A program made the position numbers and the translations under genes. A stretch of DNA of 64,000 bases, from positions 4,408,508 to 4,472,507 of the forward strand of contig MU058584.1 in NCBI GenBank assembly GCA_013265495.1, read 5' to 3'. Position 1 is the stretch's first letter, and each line of letters opens with the position of its first letter. The notes under the pieces are model-generated. The model was not told where the DNA came from, made no database searches, and worked only from the letters and a program-made list of their open reading frames with translations. Positions 39,001 through 54,000 of the stretch are shown in pieces. Origin of the DNA: Vicugna vicugna. Taxonomy: Eukaryota.

Positions 39001-42000
39001 TACCCATCTGCCGATCCCAAAAGCTACTACCCATGGCCAGTCCTGCCCCTCCTCAATGCCATCCACTCTCCACCCTGTATTATTATTTAAAAAAAATTTT
39101 TTTGGAGGGGGGAGGTAATTAGGTTTACTTATTTATTTTTAGAGGAGGTACTGGGGATTGAACCCAGGACCTTGTGTATGCTGAGCATGTGCTCTACCAC
39201 TTGAGCTATACCCTCCCCCAACCCTGTACCATTTTGAAGAAAATCTCAGACATTGTGTCATTTCAGACATAACTATTATAGTATCTTGGATGTACCCAGT
39301 ATTTTAGATGTATTATTTGTGAACATTTAAGGCCCCAATAATTGGGTTAAAGAGAAAAGCAGTGAAATCTTGTGATAATACCTACTCACTATTTTCTTTT
39401 GAGATTAGTGCTATTTATCAGTAATGCCAATATTCATAATTTTTAAGAAGTAGTCCTAACCTATCCGAGGAATTAAGAAGAGTAACTGTTTAATCTTAAC
39501 AGGAAGTTATTGTAAAGGCTCATTGTTCCACGAGCTCGTGGCCTCCCGCCGCTCCTCTCTAATGACTGCATATTTTTTATAGCCAGTCATAGCCCCAGAA
39601 ATACACACTCTGCAATCACTGAGCTGTCAAGGGGCAAAGCTACATGGCTTAGTTCCATCTGGAAGACTATCAGCTTTCTGAGGGCAAACGTCTCGCATAT
39701 TTTCATCCTTTCTCCCTCACAGCCCAGTGGCAAGGCTGAAGGAGAAACAGAGATAAGCTAGCTCAGCCCACCTGTGTACTCATGCCTCACAGAGTGTCCA
39801 ACGATTCCACAGAAGACGATCCCGCTGGCCACGCCGATGGAAACAGTGCTGGCTCGGGGGTTGTGGGGAAAGAGATAAAGACAATGAGCACAGAGAAGGC
39901 GGGGAGTGTGGGGGCGTGGTGACCAACAGGGTCGGGAGGGGCAGGAAGGGATTTGCAAGAAATAACACTCTTCCCTTTGTAGTTAGTTTAGGGCAATGGT
40001 ACACGGCCTGGAGGTGTAAAGGCAGGAGCCGTGGAGACACAGAACTAAGTTCTTAGAGGTGATAACTCAGCCCATTTTTCTGCTATAATTAAGTATTCGT
40101 CTGAGCTATTTTTCAGGAAGATTACCCCATCACCCCAATGGACTTTCAACATAGAGTGACTGTGGTTGTAAACAATTTAACTATCTTTTTTGATTTTTAA
40201 AAAGAACTAAGTCATTATTTTGAAAGGAAGTAACTCAGGTATAATGTGTGGCATCAAAAGTTAACTTTGCTAATACAGGAAGACAGCTGCATACATACAC
40301 AACTAAGGGCTGAGAAGGTGGACTGTTTAGGGCTAGGGTGGCACCTGTCACAGCAGACCGGAGTAGGCAGCAAGTCAGGGGCACTGGGGTGCTCAGGCTC
40401 GGGGACAGCCAGGGTTGAGGACGATAAACCTGTCTCAGCTGTTTTACTCAGTGGACCATCTTGAGGCCAGATCAATGTACAAATTTCCAACCCAAGGACT
40501 CACTCTATCTCTCAGTTCTTAAAGATCAACTCAAGTCTCCAGCGTGGTGTTGGGAGTGCGACCTCTACCAAGAAGTAAGTCCGAAGTGTGGGGAGACAGC
40601 CCATTCAGTTTATATCACAGACCTGGTACGTTCGGACATTTCAGGAGCGTCCTTTCCCCACCTGGGCTGTACCATCCCCCATCTTATGGCTTCAGGCTGG
40701 GTTTGCTCGCCCTACCTGTACATCGGGTGAATAACGAATGCAGACAGAAGGGCGCCCAGTCACGGACAGCCCTCTCCTGCCTTCCTCTTCCCTGCCCCCT
40801 GTCCTGTCTCCCTGTATCCTACGACAGGGTCAGGGACCAGATGCAGTCAGGATCATTACTCACTGGATTTTGTGGACCTGAGAGCAGAAGTCAAATATAT
40901 CCACAGCACTTTCCAAGGCATGTGTGACCTCATCAGGTGCCTTTTCCCCAGGGAAACCAAAGACACAGAGGAAGGAGCAGCCCTGTGAGGGAGAGAGTCA
41001 GCAAACACTGCTGCCGGACAGTCAGCTTTAAATGGGACCAGTTAGAAGGCCCAGCGGAAGGTGAGCAACAATTTTCACTTTCTGAGACAAATTTCGTCAT
41101 GATTTCTCTCACACCTATTTTATTTTTAGTAAACTTCATGTAACTCGTAGTGTATCATGAGCAGTAGGGTTTGAACCCGAGAAGGGCTTGTTTGGCTCCA
41201 GACATGTGGGTTGTACTGAGCTTATCTGTATTCACCCTCCTGTGTGCTCTGCCTGCGGCCAAGGTCTTAGGCTGCAAGATACTAAGTTTAAGAAGCAGCT
41301 TGGGTAGTGGGAAAATCACCAGCTCTGGAATCAGAAAATCTCAAGCTACTTCATAAGCGTAGAAACTTGCACAAGGCAATTATACTCTATCAACTGCAGC
41401 TTATCAACCTGAAAATGGGTGTAACTTAGACTTGCTGAAGTTTGGCTACTAAAAGGATTAACACACTGGAATTTGACACAACACTGTAAAATGATTATGA
41501 ATCAATAAAAAATGTAAAAAAATAAAATAAAATAAAAAATAAAAGGATTAACATTATACATATGTATGTCTATACATATAACTTATAAACTCTGCAGTTC
41601 TTTTCAGATATTATTATTATTCATTATTCTCGGGGATAAAGGCTTAAGCTGCAGGTGGTTTTTCTTCGCATAAAGCTAACTCTTTCAGGTAGAGATTAAA
41701 CACTAAAGCTTGGCACTTGTACTATCAGTCACTTTAAAAATGACCCAGTCAGATGCCATTTTCTGTAAGAAAAGGGCAAAATAAATTAAAGCCAATGGGT
41801 TAAAAATTTGAGCCTCTATATGTTATATCCTGATGAAATGCAAAAGAACAGCAAAACGCCTCAATTTCCTCAACCCTCTCCGAAAAGAAAGTGACCAAGT
41901 GTCAGATCCTAATTGGACCCGGGCTCTGTGGTGACATGAGGGGGAAGCCCTGATTCCAGGTCTGCAAAGAGACAGAGGGCAGCCCTTTGGGGCACCATTG

Positions 42001-45000
42001 GGTCTGCTTTGCCTGGAAATCTGACCTGCAGGCGTGGCCAGGTGAGTATCTGACTCGCTCTGGCAATGAGGCCAGCCACTCTCATCTGCTGAGTGCTGAC
42101 TGTGAAGGAGGCATCGCAACAAGTGCTTCACACATAAATGTTTTAAAACCTCCAGCAATCATTTGAGGCAAATACTGTCCCTATCTAAATATCCCTATTA
42201 TGATTCATGAATAATCCAAGTCTCAGAGAAGTTCAATGACTTGCTAAGGTCACACAGCTGGGAATTGTTGGACCCAGGAATTGTCTCTCCATGAATTGCC
42301 TGGAGTGTCTGCAAAACACTAAAGACTGTTCTCTTAGGTTCTATGCTCTTTTCTGATGAGACTCGTGGATGAATATGGAAGACAGTATTGGAGCACACTG
42401 GGCTGGAGGTCCCCACTCCCTCAGAACAATAAATGCTTATTGAGTGAATGAGTGTGGGGCAGTAATTAAGAGCAGAGAGATACAAAAACACCTGAGATGG
42501 GGAAACAAGTCTCACTAACACTTCTGTGATAATTTATCACATCATTTTTCTCTGAACTGATTAAGAGCAGATTGAGAACACTGGAAGCCAGAGGGGAACC
42601 CCCGCCCCCCTGCTCCTACCCCAAGTTCCCATGACACTGATAGGGGAACTGGGAGTATAGATATAGCAGGTGGGGATTAAAAGAAATTATAGCTTCAGGG
42701 GTATGACAATTACTAGAAACCTGACCTAAAATCTCTGGGAGTTTCATTATACACTGGATTGAAGATATATGTGTAGTGAAAGCTCACTGGGCATAGTGGT
42801 TAAGAGCACAGACTAGGAAGGCAGACTATCTGGGTTTGAATCCCAGCCCACCACTGACTGAGCAAAACTTAATCTCATCCTGCCTCAGTAGCCTTAGCTC
42901 TACCTCAACATCCTCATCTGTAAAATGGGGACAACAACAGTACGTACCTCTCAGAGTAGTCATGGGGAAAAATGAGCAATGCATGTAAAGCGTTAAGAAC
43001 AAAGCCTGGCACTTATGTTCCGTATCCACCATGTAAGCCGTTATTGTAACTATAAATAAAGACTGACAGTTCCAGGTTGAAGGTGCCTATTCCCTCCCTC
43101 TCCCAAGTGTCAGTGGACGTGAATGCTAACTTTAAATTATTGGTAGGTCCCCACACTGTTAGTTCACATTTACCTTGTCAAACATGAAGACTTTGTTGAT
43201 TTGGCCTCGGAAGACCCTCAGGACAGAGTTAATGTGCACACAGGCATCCTGGATGGCTGAGCCTATGACTTCTGCTTTGTCTTGGTCCTTAAACATCAGG
43301 TTTACAAACATAATCGTCACCGGGCGAAGCTCAGACAAATAACCCCGAAGCTGTTTGTCATCAATCTGCAGAGTAGAGGGATGCTTTCCTGAACACAGGT
43401 CCTCAAAGGTGGATCTTTCCTTCCCACATCACCCCCACACCCCAAGTATCACTAGGAGGGAAGTAGCCTTCTGAGATTGTCTAGTGAAGCTGAAGTTATC
43501 AGAAGTTGGGAGGTGCGACACGGTAGAGCCACCCGAAAGCCAAACAGATCAAAATGGAATGGACTCTCAAAATCTCTTCCAAAGGGCACTTGTGCACTTG
43601 CTAATTTTGGGCCAGCCACCACTCCCTTGCTCCAACTGCCAGCTCCCTCATGCCAATATAAGCCATCACAATAAAAGAAAAGACTACTGTTCCTTTTGGC
43701 TCTCTTACAATTTAACAATAAGAACAGCCAGGCTATATAATTCAACCTTATGTTTTCAGAGCCAGGTCCCTTCTGGAATATTTTCATATTCTGTCCAACT
43801 TTATCCTCAAATGAAATAAAATCAGTGTTATTATCCCCATTTTACTAACTAGATAACTGAGGCATGGAGAAATAACATCATTTTCCCAAGTCCCGTGGTA
43901 TTCTTAGCAAACCATTGGTTTGGTTGTTCTTGGCAAACAAGAACGCAAATTTAGACTTCTTGTCCAGCAGTCCCTTGACAACACTGCCCTGCCTCTCTGG
44001 GGTGGTATATTTCACTCAGCTCCCCTCTTCCCTCCAAGTCTATCCACAACAGGGACAGCAAAAGGAAAGGAAAGGAGAGTGTTCCCAAATCATCCCTGCC
44101 TATATCACCAGCCCTGAATTTTGTTAAATTAAGTACGTAGTAAACCAATGGGGGAGAATCGTTGCAATTTTTTTCTCCCCCAGATAGCACAAAAGTGTCA
44201 GATTCTCTGCTGGCAAGATGAAACACATCTTCTAGATGAAAGAAGAAATTGTGTATAGAGAATCTTGCAACCATGCTTCTTAACTGGCTGGGATAGTTAG
44301 TCCTGGTTTCATGTAATTTTAGTCTTTTCATAGAAGATGATGTAATAATTTCTAACTAACCAATGTAATAATTTTCTTTGATTTTTCAAATGAATTTCTT
44401 AAATAAGTAATTGATATTAAATATAAATCGTTAAATATCAAATACGTTAAAATAATTAATTAATTAATTAATTTAAAACTATTCTATCAGGCCACGTGTT
44501 CTCAGTTTTGGCTTAGAAAATACAACCATGGTATCTCTAAGGATCTCTGTTCTTTAGGTACGAGGGCAGACCTTGGGAAAGCTGTCAAAGGTTTGTCTTT
44601 TGCCTCCTTTCAGCCCCCTTAGCTGTATTTCTTCACCCGGTGTTCATAATTCCTACCCACAATTTTCACAGTGACTCACGGAGTCTCTCTTGCGTTCCAT
44701 TCCTGTGGACCTCGCTCCTCAGGTGGCTACAACTGAAGACGCATAATGTGTTATAGCCCTTGAAGGGAGGGGAAGAGGTGTGGCTCTCTGGAGCTTCAAA
44801 ACTCTTGAAGAGTCGAACAACTGCAGGTACCAGAGGTAGTGTTTCTAAAATGGGCTGAAGGCGGAGGGGTGCATTCTGATAGCCCCTCAACCCACGCTGC
44901 GAAGGCAGCTGCCCACTGATCAGGCTGGTCCTACCAAGATTTCCTCTGGGACACAACTGCATTTTGATGGGATTAAGGATTAAAACAGGCATATATTAGG

Positions 45001-48000
45001 GGAGTGTATAGCATGTGCAAAAAATGCAGGGTTCCAGGGAACAGAGTTCAAATACATTTCTTACTTTACAACCTCAGGAAAGTTCCTGGTGTCCTTCTGG
45101 GTCTCAGTCTTCTCATATATAAAGGATGAAGGATTGTGCAGATATAAAGGACATATCTACCAAGGATTGTGAAGAATAAATACATGAAACAGCAGAGTGT
45201 CTGGCATATATACAGTGAGTGCTAAGAAAGAGTTATAATTTGCAAGGATTAAAGCATTTGAGAGAGCCGAGATCTAAGCCTAGATCTAAAAAGGGGAAAC
45301 TTTGGGGGCTTGGAGGTAGTTCTGAGAGTTCTAATTATCTGTACTCACTTTCAAAGCTTAAGATTTAATTAATGCAAATGACTTAAAGAAACATTGTACC
45401 AATGCTTATTCACTTGATGTCTTTCTGCTATGCAGCATGTAGAAAGGGTAACCAAATATTTTTATATGCTTGTGACGGTTTCAGTTTGCCCAGCTGTATA
45501 AGGCAACACAGCTCTGGTTTATGCCTATTGTTACAGTGTAATTATGAATAATGCCCCCTTTAACTCTTAAAAGTATCTTGATTTATGTTTTTAAAAAAAC
45601 AAGTATCCTGATTTAAACAATAAATTTTTTTGTCACCTACACATGGAGTATGTCAGCCCCACCTCTTTTTATTTCAATAAAACATTTTACAAGCTACTGG
45701 CTTTCTTGATCTTAACACCTGTCCAAGATCCCTGACAGCCCCAAAGGCAATAAATTAAGTTACAAAGATACCTGCTTCAATATGCTTTCCATCACATACT
45801 TTTGTAGGGACAACTCCAGTTCCGGATCTGACTCCAACATGCATGCAAGTCTCAGGAGGTCTGAGAGGGGAGAAGGTGGGGAAGGCTTAGAAAGGGAAGC
45901 CTGGCTCTGCAGTGCTACAGAGAGAAGACACGCCCAGTCCCCACTCCCTTGGGCAGTGGTCTTCACCGTTCAGTCAGGAAACCCTGGGATACCCACTGGC
46001 CAAATAGGACCAAGGGATATCCAATGAGAAGTTCCTAGAGGTTGCAGGTTTCCCAAAATTCGGTTGCATGTAGCTCAAAACCCTGCTCTCACTGTCATCA
46101 CACTTCAGAACTTAAGGACGTTTTCATCTCTACACTTGAACTAAAAACATTGCCACAGGTGATGGGAATGGACAGATAAGGGGATGACAACAGAAGACAA
46201 TGGTGACAGAATGCAGGGGAGGATAGAGTTGAAAGAACAGCAAGAGGAAGATTCAGGAGACTGGCTTCTGATCCCAGGTTTATACCCACTCGCAGTGTAA
46301 CCCTGGACCTGTCACTTCACTGCCCTGATTGGCTCCTATTTCCTCATCTGGGAAAAAAGCACTGGGGTTTCATGATCTCTACAGTTCTCTTCACTATAAT
46401 GGTTGATAGTTCCATACTCTAGAATAGACTGATAGGAGGTGGTAAGAATGAGTTGAAGAAATCAAAAAATAAGGGAGAAAGAAATGATGATACGCTTTCA
46501 GCAGAGAATGGAATAATGATAATGTTAAAAAAAATTAGATGAAAAGTAAAAAAGGAGTCTGCAAGGGATGTTAATTAAGAAGCACATTTAATTTTAAAGT
46601 GCTTATTGAATATATTCAAAACCTAATGTATTTAAAAAGCCATGCTAGGCACTCCATGGGAATAAAAAAGTGATTAGAGACTTCGGCTTTTTCCTAGAAG
46701 CACTTATTTATGGACATTTAACTATAATATGTATGGAAAAGTTAAACAGAAAAAACTCAGGCCAAATGGGCTAAGAGATTATAAAGACCAGAGAGATTCA
46801 GAGGAAGCAGTGGTCTAGCCAAACTGGTTTAATCAGAAAAGGGTTCACAGGAGAACTAGGAATTTAACTGAATCTTGAATGACTAATGGCTTTTTACTAG
46901 AAGGACTGAGGAGGGCATACCTAGCAGAGGGAACCGAGTAGGTCAAAGTCAAGAATGAGCAGAGTATGTTAAAGAACTAGAGAAGACTCCAGCCTGGCTG
47001 GAATCCCATGCGAGGACTGGAGATTAAGAAGAAATGACATTGAGCAGAATGTGGAGAGAGGCAAAGAGTTCAGGAAGAGAGCAGGCATTGTAAAGGCCTG
47101 GGCCATGATGGTGGCAATGGGTATGGAGACAAATAATACAGAAGTCGGCTGGTCTTTTTGTTTCTGGGACCTGAGAGTAGCTTCTAAATCTTTGGAATTT
47201 CCCAGGTTGTAGGATTGTCTCTGCTATTCACGGTGGGCCCTTTGGATCACACCTGAATTTATGCTAATGAGATGACTCAGGAGAGAGGCTGATCTTTCTG
47301 GGAAGACCAAGCATGTGCTAAGAGGGCTGGGGCTTTGAGCCAAGTGATAAGAGCCTGACCTCCAGACTTCTGAGGAGAGGAAGGGGGCTGGAGATTTCAA
47401 TGATCTAATCAACACACCTACTTAATAAAACTCCAATAAAAACTCTGGACTCCCAAAGCTTGGGTGAGGTTCCCTGGTTGGTAATCATACCTTGATGTGC
47501 AGGGAGAGTGGTGTGTCCTAAGGATACAGAAGCTTTATGTTCCCAAACATGAACCCTCTCCCAGACCTCACCCTATGTGTCTTTTTATTTGGCTGGTCCT
47601 GATTTGTATCCTTTACAATAAAACCATAATCATAAACATAGCAGTTTCCTGAACAGCGTGAGTCATTATAGTGAATTATTGAACATGAGGGCATTGTGGG
47701 AACCCTTGGATGTGTAGCCAGTTGGTCAGAAGTGCAGGTGGCCTGGTGATCCCAAAACTTGTGGCTGGTGTCTGAAGTAAGGGGAATCTTGTAAAGAACT
47801 CCACCTGTCTGCACTAACCCCAGGTAGTTAGTACCAGAACTGCAGTGTGGTATTGTCGTGTTCCAAATAAGGCCTGAAGAAGCCCTTTGTTGAAGGCACC
47901 ATTAAGATCCAGGAGATGGGATGGGGTACAGCTCGAGGAGTGTCACTAGATTTTCTCCATCTTTGGTGCTTTAGGGTTCTCATTCTTTCCTGGTCAATTT

Positions 48001-51000
48001 TCCTACAGTTCCCCTCAGCCTCCCTCCCACTCCATTACCCACTGCAGTTTTGTGAAACTACAGTCTACTATTTGTGATGTTCAAAACACTCAGGACCTAT
48101 ACATAAATGATGAGAAAGAATGTTTCAAAGACGTTTCTGAAGTTTCTAGTTTGGATGAAGATAAGTAGAGAAAGATAAGTAGCATAGAATTTAGACATTA
48201 TTGCCCTGGGTGCTATGTCAGCAAACCAAGATCTAGATAACGTTAGTGTCCCTGTAAATGCTCTGTTTAACCAGAAATGCAACAGTTTAGCCAGCCAATT
48301 CCCAAAGGCCAAGCCAACTCTGGGCCTTCTCACCCCAAACAAGGTGGACCATGAGGTCCCAGTCAGTCAGATATTTTCTATTTGTCTCTTCTTTGTTCTT
48401 TTTCTTTATCCTGCAAAATCTTCTTGCCTTAAGTTTGCTTTCATTGCCTAAAGTGTCTTCTTTAATAATTTTTTAACAACATGTTAAGGTTGGAGTGCCT
48501 GTTTGACGTCCAGTAAAGATGGCAGTTTTTTATGAGTCTAGAATTTAGGACCAAAGTCTGGCCTGAATTCTGGCAGTTAAGGCTGGGACTTGGGTGGGGC
48601 AAGCAACTTGCAAGACCTTGAAAGCAGTGTTGCCTTAAATTTCATTCCCTGGGCTCCTGTTTCCTTTGGTAAATTGATGGTCATTAGTGACCTTGACATA
48701 AACAGTCTCAGTAGACGGGAGAAGTGGACAGAAGCTAGATATCAGAAGCTCAAGCCTGACAAGTTAGGGGAACACATCCCCCACCCCCAACCCAGGAGCA
48801 GGAAGTCAGTGCTTACTGGGTGAATAAATAAATGAGAGGATAGAAGAAGTGGTACGGACAGATTACTCTTCTAAGAGTAATGGTGGTGAAGGTTAGGATG
48901 AAAGAGCAGGGTTCATAGGATTTTTAGTTTTTCCTTTCATGATGAGGGAAATTTGCAGTTGTTTGGAAGATGAAGGAAAGGGGTCACTGCCAACGGAGAG
49001 GAAAAGGAGGGTTGTACCTAGAATGGCTATTGTGGGGAATGGGAAGGGGGTCTCCTTTATGTGCTGCTAGGGACTGGGAGCTGTACTCAGGAGACTAGCC
49101 ATTTGTAACAGAGCCCTTGGCATTGGTACGAGACCCTAATGACCACTGGTAGAAGCAAAGGTCTTGTCCATGGAGGGTACTTACTTTTGTGGTTACCAGA
49201 AGGATAATAATCCATGAAAGTCATACACTTTGTGAAAAATTCATCAAAGTTAAATGTAGAGGGTGGTTTTAAGAAATTAACCTAAGTGGAAAAAAAAAGA
49301 GAAGTTTTTGGGTTTTCTGAGGGCTGTGTGATCCTTTGAATGTAATTTCTCAGCAGAAAGGGCAGGGAGTATGCTTTTGAATATCCAGGACATGATAAAC
49401 AGAGATTGGCATACTTAAATAATGAAGATCTTTCATTTCGTGTGATTACATTAAAAATCTCTCCAGTTAGTTGTTAAGATCTCAATCTTCAGTATATACA
49501 GAGAGAGCCATTCCAGGGCTAACCTGTATAATCTTCTTCTAGTACTCTTAGAACGTCTTCTTTTTTTCCTTTGTAACATTTTAACTAAAATAAAAGTTGG
49601 TTAAACTGTACACCATTTCTTTCTTATAAGCGTAAAAAGACAAAGGGGGCTGATGCCCCCTTTGGATATTAGGAGCATCACCAATAATAAGATTCACATC
49701 AAGGACATGAATCCCATGATGTGATACACAGAGAATAGTACAACCTCATTTCTGTGATATTCTTGCCTCCAAAAATGGATAAACTTAGTTCAGTCAAGAG
49801 AAAATACCAGGCAAAACCAAATGAAGGGACACTCAGCAAAATAACTGATTGACACTCTTCTTAAGTGTTGAGGTCATAGAAGACAATGAAAAAACTGAAG
49901 AACTGTTGTTACAGATTACAGGAGACTAAGTAAAAATTTTAAAATGCAATGTGAGATCAGGATCGAATCCTGGAATACTTCACTGAGGACATTATTGGGA
50001 AAACTGGTGAAATCCAAGAAGGGTGAATAGTATTGTACTAATGTTAATTTTCTGGTTTTGACTATTGCACTCTGGATATGAAAAATGTTAATATTTGGGG
50101 AAGCTGGGTAAGGGGTATATGGAAACATTGTATTATGTCTGAACTTTCCTGTGAATCTAAAATTAATTTAAAAATGAAAACAATCTTGAAGGGGGAATAG
50201 CTCAGTGGGAGAGTGCATGCCTAGCATACATGAGGCCCTGGGTTCAATCCCCAGCACTTCCATTAAAATAAATAAACAAGCCCAATTATCTCCCTTCAAC
50301 AAAATTCAAAAATAAAAATAAATTTTAAATTTTTTAAAAGTGGAAAGAAGTTTTAAAGGAATGATAGAAGAAGATGGGAAACCGGACAATGCTACCAGCC
50401 AGCTAGGTCAAGCAGTCGGGGATTGTATGACTCAAAGAGCGAGTGGATATGAGGGATGTAGCCTGATGCATAGTGCATGGTGTGGGGGTGCCTCTCATCT
50501 TTGCCCCCAACTATATGGATTCGCCATCTTTTCTTTCCATCTGCCAAGCATTCCCGTTCCTGTTCAGCTGGCAGCACAGCTCTCCTCCCCTTTCTCTAGT
50601 TGGCTATCTCCCAAGGACCCAGTTCTGCTTATAGTCAACCTTCGGCTTCACCACAGTGTTTTCTACCAGGCAAGGCCATGAAGAAAGTCTGTCTTCCCTT
50701 ATTAACCTTTGCTGCCCGTGCTCTCCTCCAATCCTCCCTCGCCCTGAGTTAGGAGGGTGTGGAGTAGAGAACGTGAGGGCCAATGGCAGCCCTCAAAACG
50801 GCAACCGTCTGCTCTGGGGGAACAGCCAGGAGACTTTTCCTTTCATTAAGCAAGGGCACTAGTCCCTCCGGAGGCCTCCATACCAAATTCCACACCCTTA
50901 ATCACCTCAGAGAAGCCTGACCACTTCCTCTTGAACGCACCAGCCTCGCTCCTCCCAGAGGCGGCGTCCTGGACCAATACGGCGTAAACCTAACCCAGCC

Positions 51001-54000
51001 GGACCGCATCCCCGTCTCCGGCCCAGCATCTTCCTGACAGCAGCCTCCCCAGTGGCTTTTCTGAGGCGGCCCCGGGCACAGACGGGCGGAACTCCCCGTC
51101 AGTGGCAGCATCACGACCTACCTTCACCGCTCTCTGATCTGGAATCCTCTCAATTTCAATCATGCTCCTGTCGCACAGCTGCCAGCAGTTTGGTGACAGG
51201 ATGACGTCATTCATCTGCGCCATGTTCTGTGCGAGGCGCACGTCGTGCACCGCCTGCCCAGTCACCAGAAAGTAGTTTCGAGATTCGTCTCCAAAGACCA
51301 ACATGGTGATGTGGCCGGCGGCCAGTCCTGGTGTGAAGGCAAGCGGCGAGTTTGCACGAGAAGGTCTGGCTTATTCCCCAGCAGCGTGGGTTCTTGAAAA
51401 CTCAGAACTTGAGCATCTCAGCGAAATCTCGTTTCTAAAATTTCAGGAGACTTCAAAGAGTGCCTCTTCTGGGAAAGCTCCTCCCAAAGCTAGAAAGTTT
51501 CTACCTTTCGGCGACATTTAGCTCCCTAGATGGCCCTATTGGCCCCCAAAGTTATTTTACCTTTTCTTCAATTTATGTATACTTAAGGGCAATGGAGGAC
51601 AACTTTAGTAATTCTTATTTGGTAAGGATTTGCATCTTATCAGAGATTGAGGTTTTAGCTAAAAAGAACCCCTTAGGGTGGAATTTCACGCAAAAGCCAG
51701 AGAAGAAAAGGCGGGGGAGAGGCTCGGGCATTTTGACGGTCAAGTATCCTATCCCAACAATGTTGGGAGCTGAAGGGTTTTGTACCAAAGCAACAGAAGA
51801 CAGAATGGTGTAAAATAGAACATGTGTATGAAATATATGTATAAATGAACTATATGTGACACACAGTTCTTTTAGTGACTATAATTAACATAATCAAAGT
51901 TTGTTTTTAAACTTTTCTCTCCACCGTGCTGATTTGTCAAGGCTGACTTGCCCTGATATATGCATGTGGTTTGTTTCCCTTCTGAAGCACACTGATGCTT
52001 AGGGTTTTTAAAAGAAAAGCTACTGGCACCAGTTTTCTAACAGCCAATCAGCATGCACTTCTAAATGGTCTCCATCACTTTCAAGAAGGATGAGCACATC
52101 AACTCTCTGGGGTGTTAACTTGGAAAAAGTACCCAGTATTATAACAACTTGGATTTTTTTTTTCAACAGAAGACTTAACGTATTTGGAAATTCTGAATAA
52201 CCTAAAGAAAACAGAGAAACAGTTAATTGGATAACCTCTGATCTTTTCTTCACCTCTGATACTCGAGAATTCTAAGTTTACAAAGTTTAGGCAGGAGCTA
52301 ACACCAAAGGCACCAGCTGTGACTCATTTACACCTCTCAGCATCTCATTCTCCACCTGTGAAATGGACTCCGGGATGCCTATACTTCAGGACTGTGGTGA
52401 AGGGGAAATGAGACGGTGTGTGTAATGTCTGCAACACAATATGCACAATCTGGGAATGTGTGTGAGGGTTATATGTGTGACTTTAGGAAGCTCTCTGTTA
52501 CATGGTGCTGTGCTGTAGGCTGACCCTTTAAGCGTTTCTGGCACATAATCCTTATGAAGTGAGGGATAGCCAGTCTCACGACATTGCTGAATCTACGTAC
52601 TCACAAGCTACTCCCTGTTGTGCTTACTGATACACACCATTGACAGCAGCAAAACCTAATAACAATAACAGCAATGGTCATGATGAAGACTATTGTGTGG
52701 AGGGGTTACTGTGTGCCACGTAGTATACTAACCACTTAAATTTACTTTTTCTAAGAGCCTGTGAAGTAGATACTAGGATTTAGCTCAAATTCTCTCTTTT
52801 TATTCAGTGGAGGTACTGGGGATTGAACCCAGGACCTCGTGCATGCACACTCTACCACTGAGCTATACCCTTCCCCCACCCCCCTGAATTCTCTTAACTG
52901 GCCAATGAAGGAACTGAAACTCACATTCTGGTTAGCCTAATTCCAAAGCTCAAGACATGAAAGGGGGTCTGAGGTACCACATTCCACTGTTTCCTCTTTA
53001 GGAGAGAGATGCCTCAGGAGTCAGGACCCATATCCAGACTGCTGTAGCATCTCTTCCTTCACAAAAGCTTACCTATCTTGACTCGGACATCCAGGTCTTC
53101 TTCAGACTCCTGGGTCTCAAACAATCCATGGATCTCCAGGCTACATTTAATTACCACAGTGATAATATTTTTCAGTTGCCTCCTCTCCACCTTCCACAGG
53201 GCTAGCAATGCATCACCTTGAAGAGACAGACACACCAGGGGCTCCTGACCTGCCCTGGGGAATCAGTCTATTTTGTATGAAGTCTGTGCAGAAACTTACT
53301 CTTCAAACATCCCTCCATCCTGTGTGCTGGCCACTGCTCTCCCTGAGGTGCTTCCTCTGTCAGAGGACTGGCATCTCGGCACTCCTTTCTTACCCCTGCC
53401 ATCTCAGAAAGCCCCCATACCTGCAAATTTTAAGATGTCTCCTCCAAAAATCAACACTTCTGAGAAAAGAAAAAAAAAGAAAAGAAGGTAAAATCAATTG
53501 GTGGTTTGTTACTTTTTTTTTTTAATTATATAAGTTTCAGGTGTACAGCATCACTTTTTTCTAGATGTCTTTTTTTAATTCTTATTTTTTGTTGACGTGT
53601 AGTCGAGTTACAGTATTAGTGTCAGATATACAGAGAAGTGATTCAGTTATACATACATATATATTTCTCATTTCTTAAAGCTAATAAAAACAATTCAATC
53701 TTCAGCAGAGGAGTAGAAATTAGACCAAGAGGAACAATTCAGAAAATAGACTTATACTAAAGCTGTCATCTCAGATAAGTCACTTAAACTCATTTAAGTC
53801 TGTTTCCTCAATTGTAAAATGAACAGTGAACTAGGTTATGTACGTGCTCTGTTTCTGTGAATGGGAAAAGACAGGAGAGAAGCAGGTGGGATTTCTGATG
53901 AGGCCTGAGGACAGCTACCCTACTCCCATGATAGCGGAATGTTCTTTACTGATCAGAGTATGTTATGAGCGGGGGCTTCAGTGAGCATGGGTGAGTGGAT

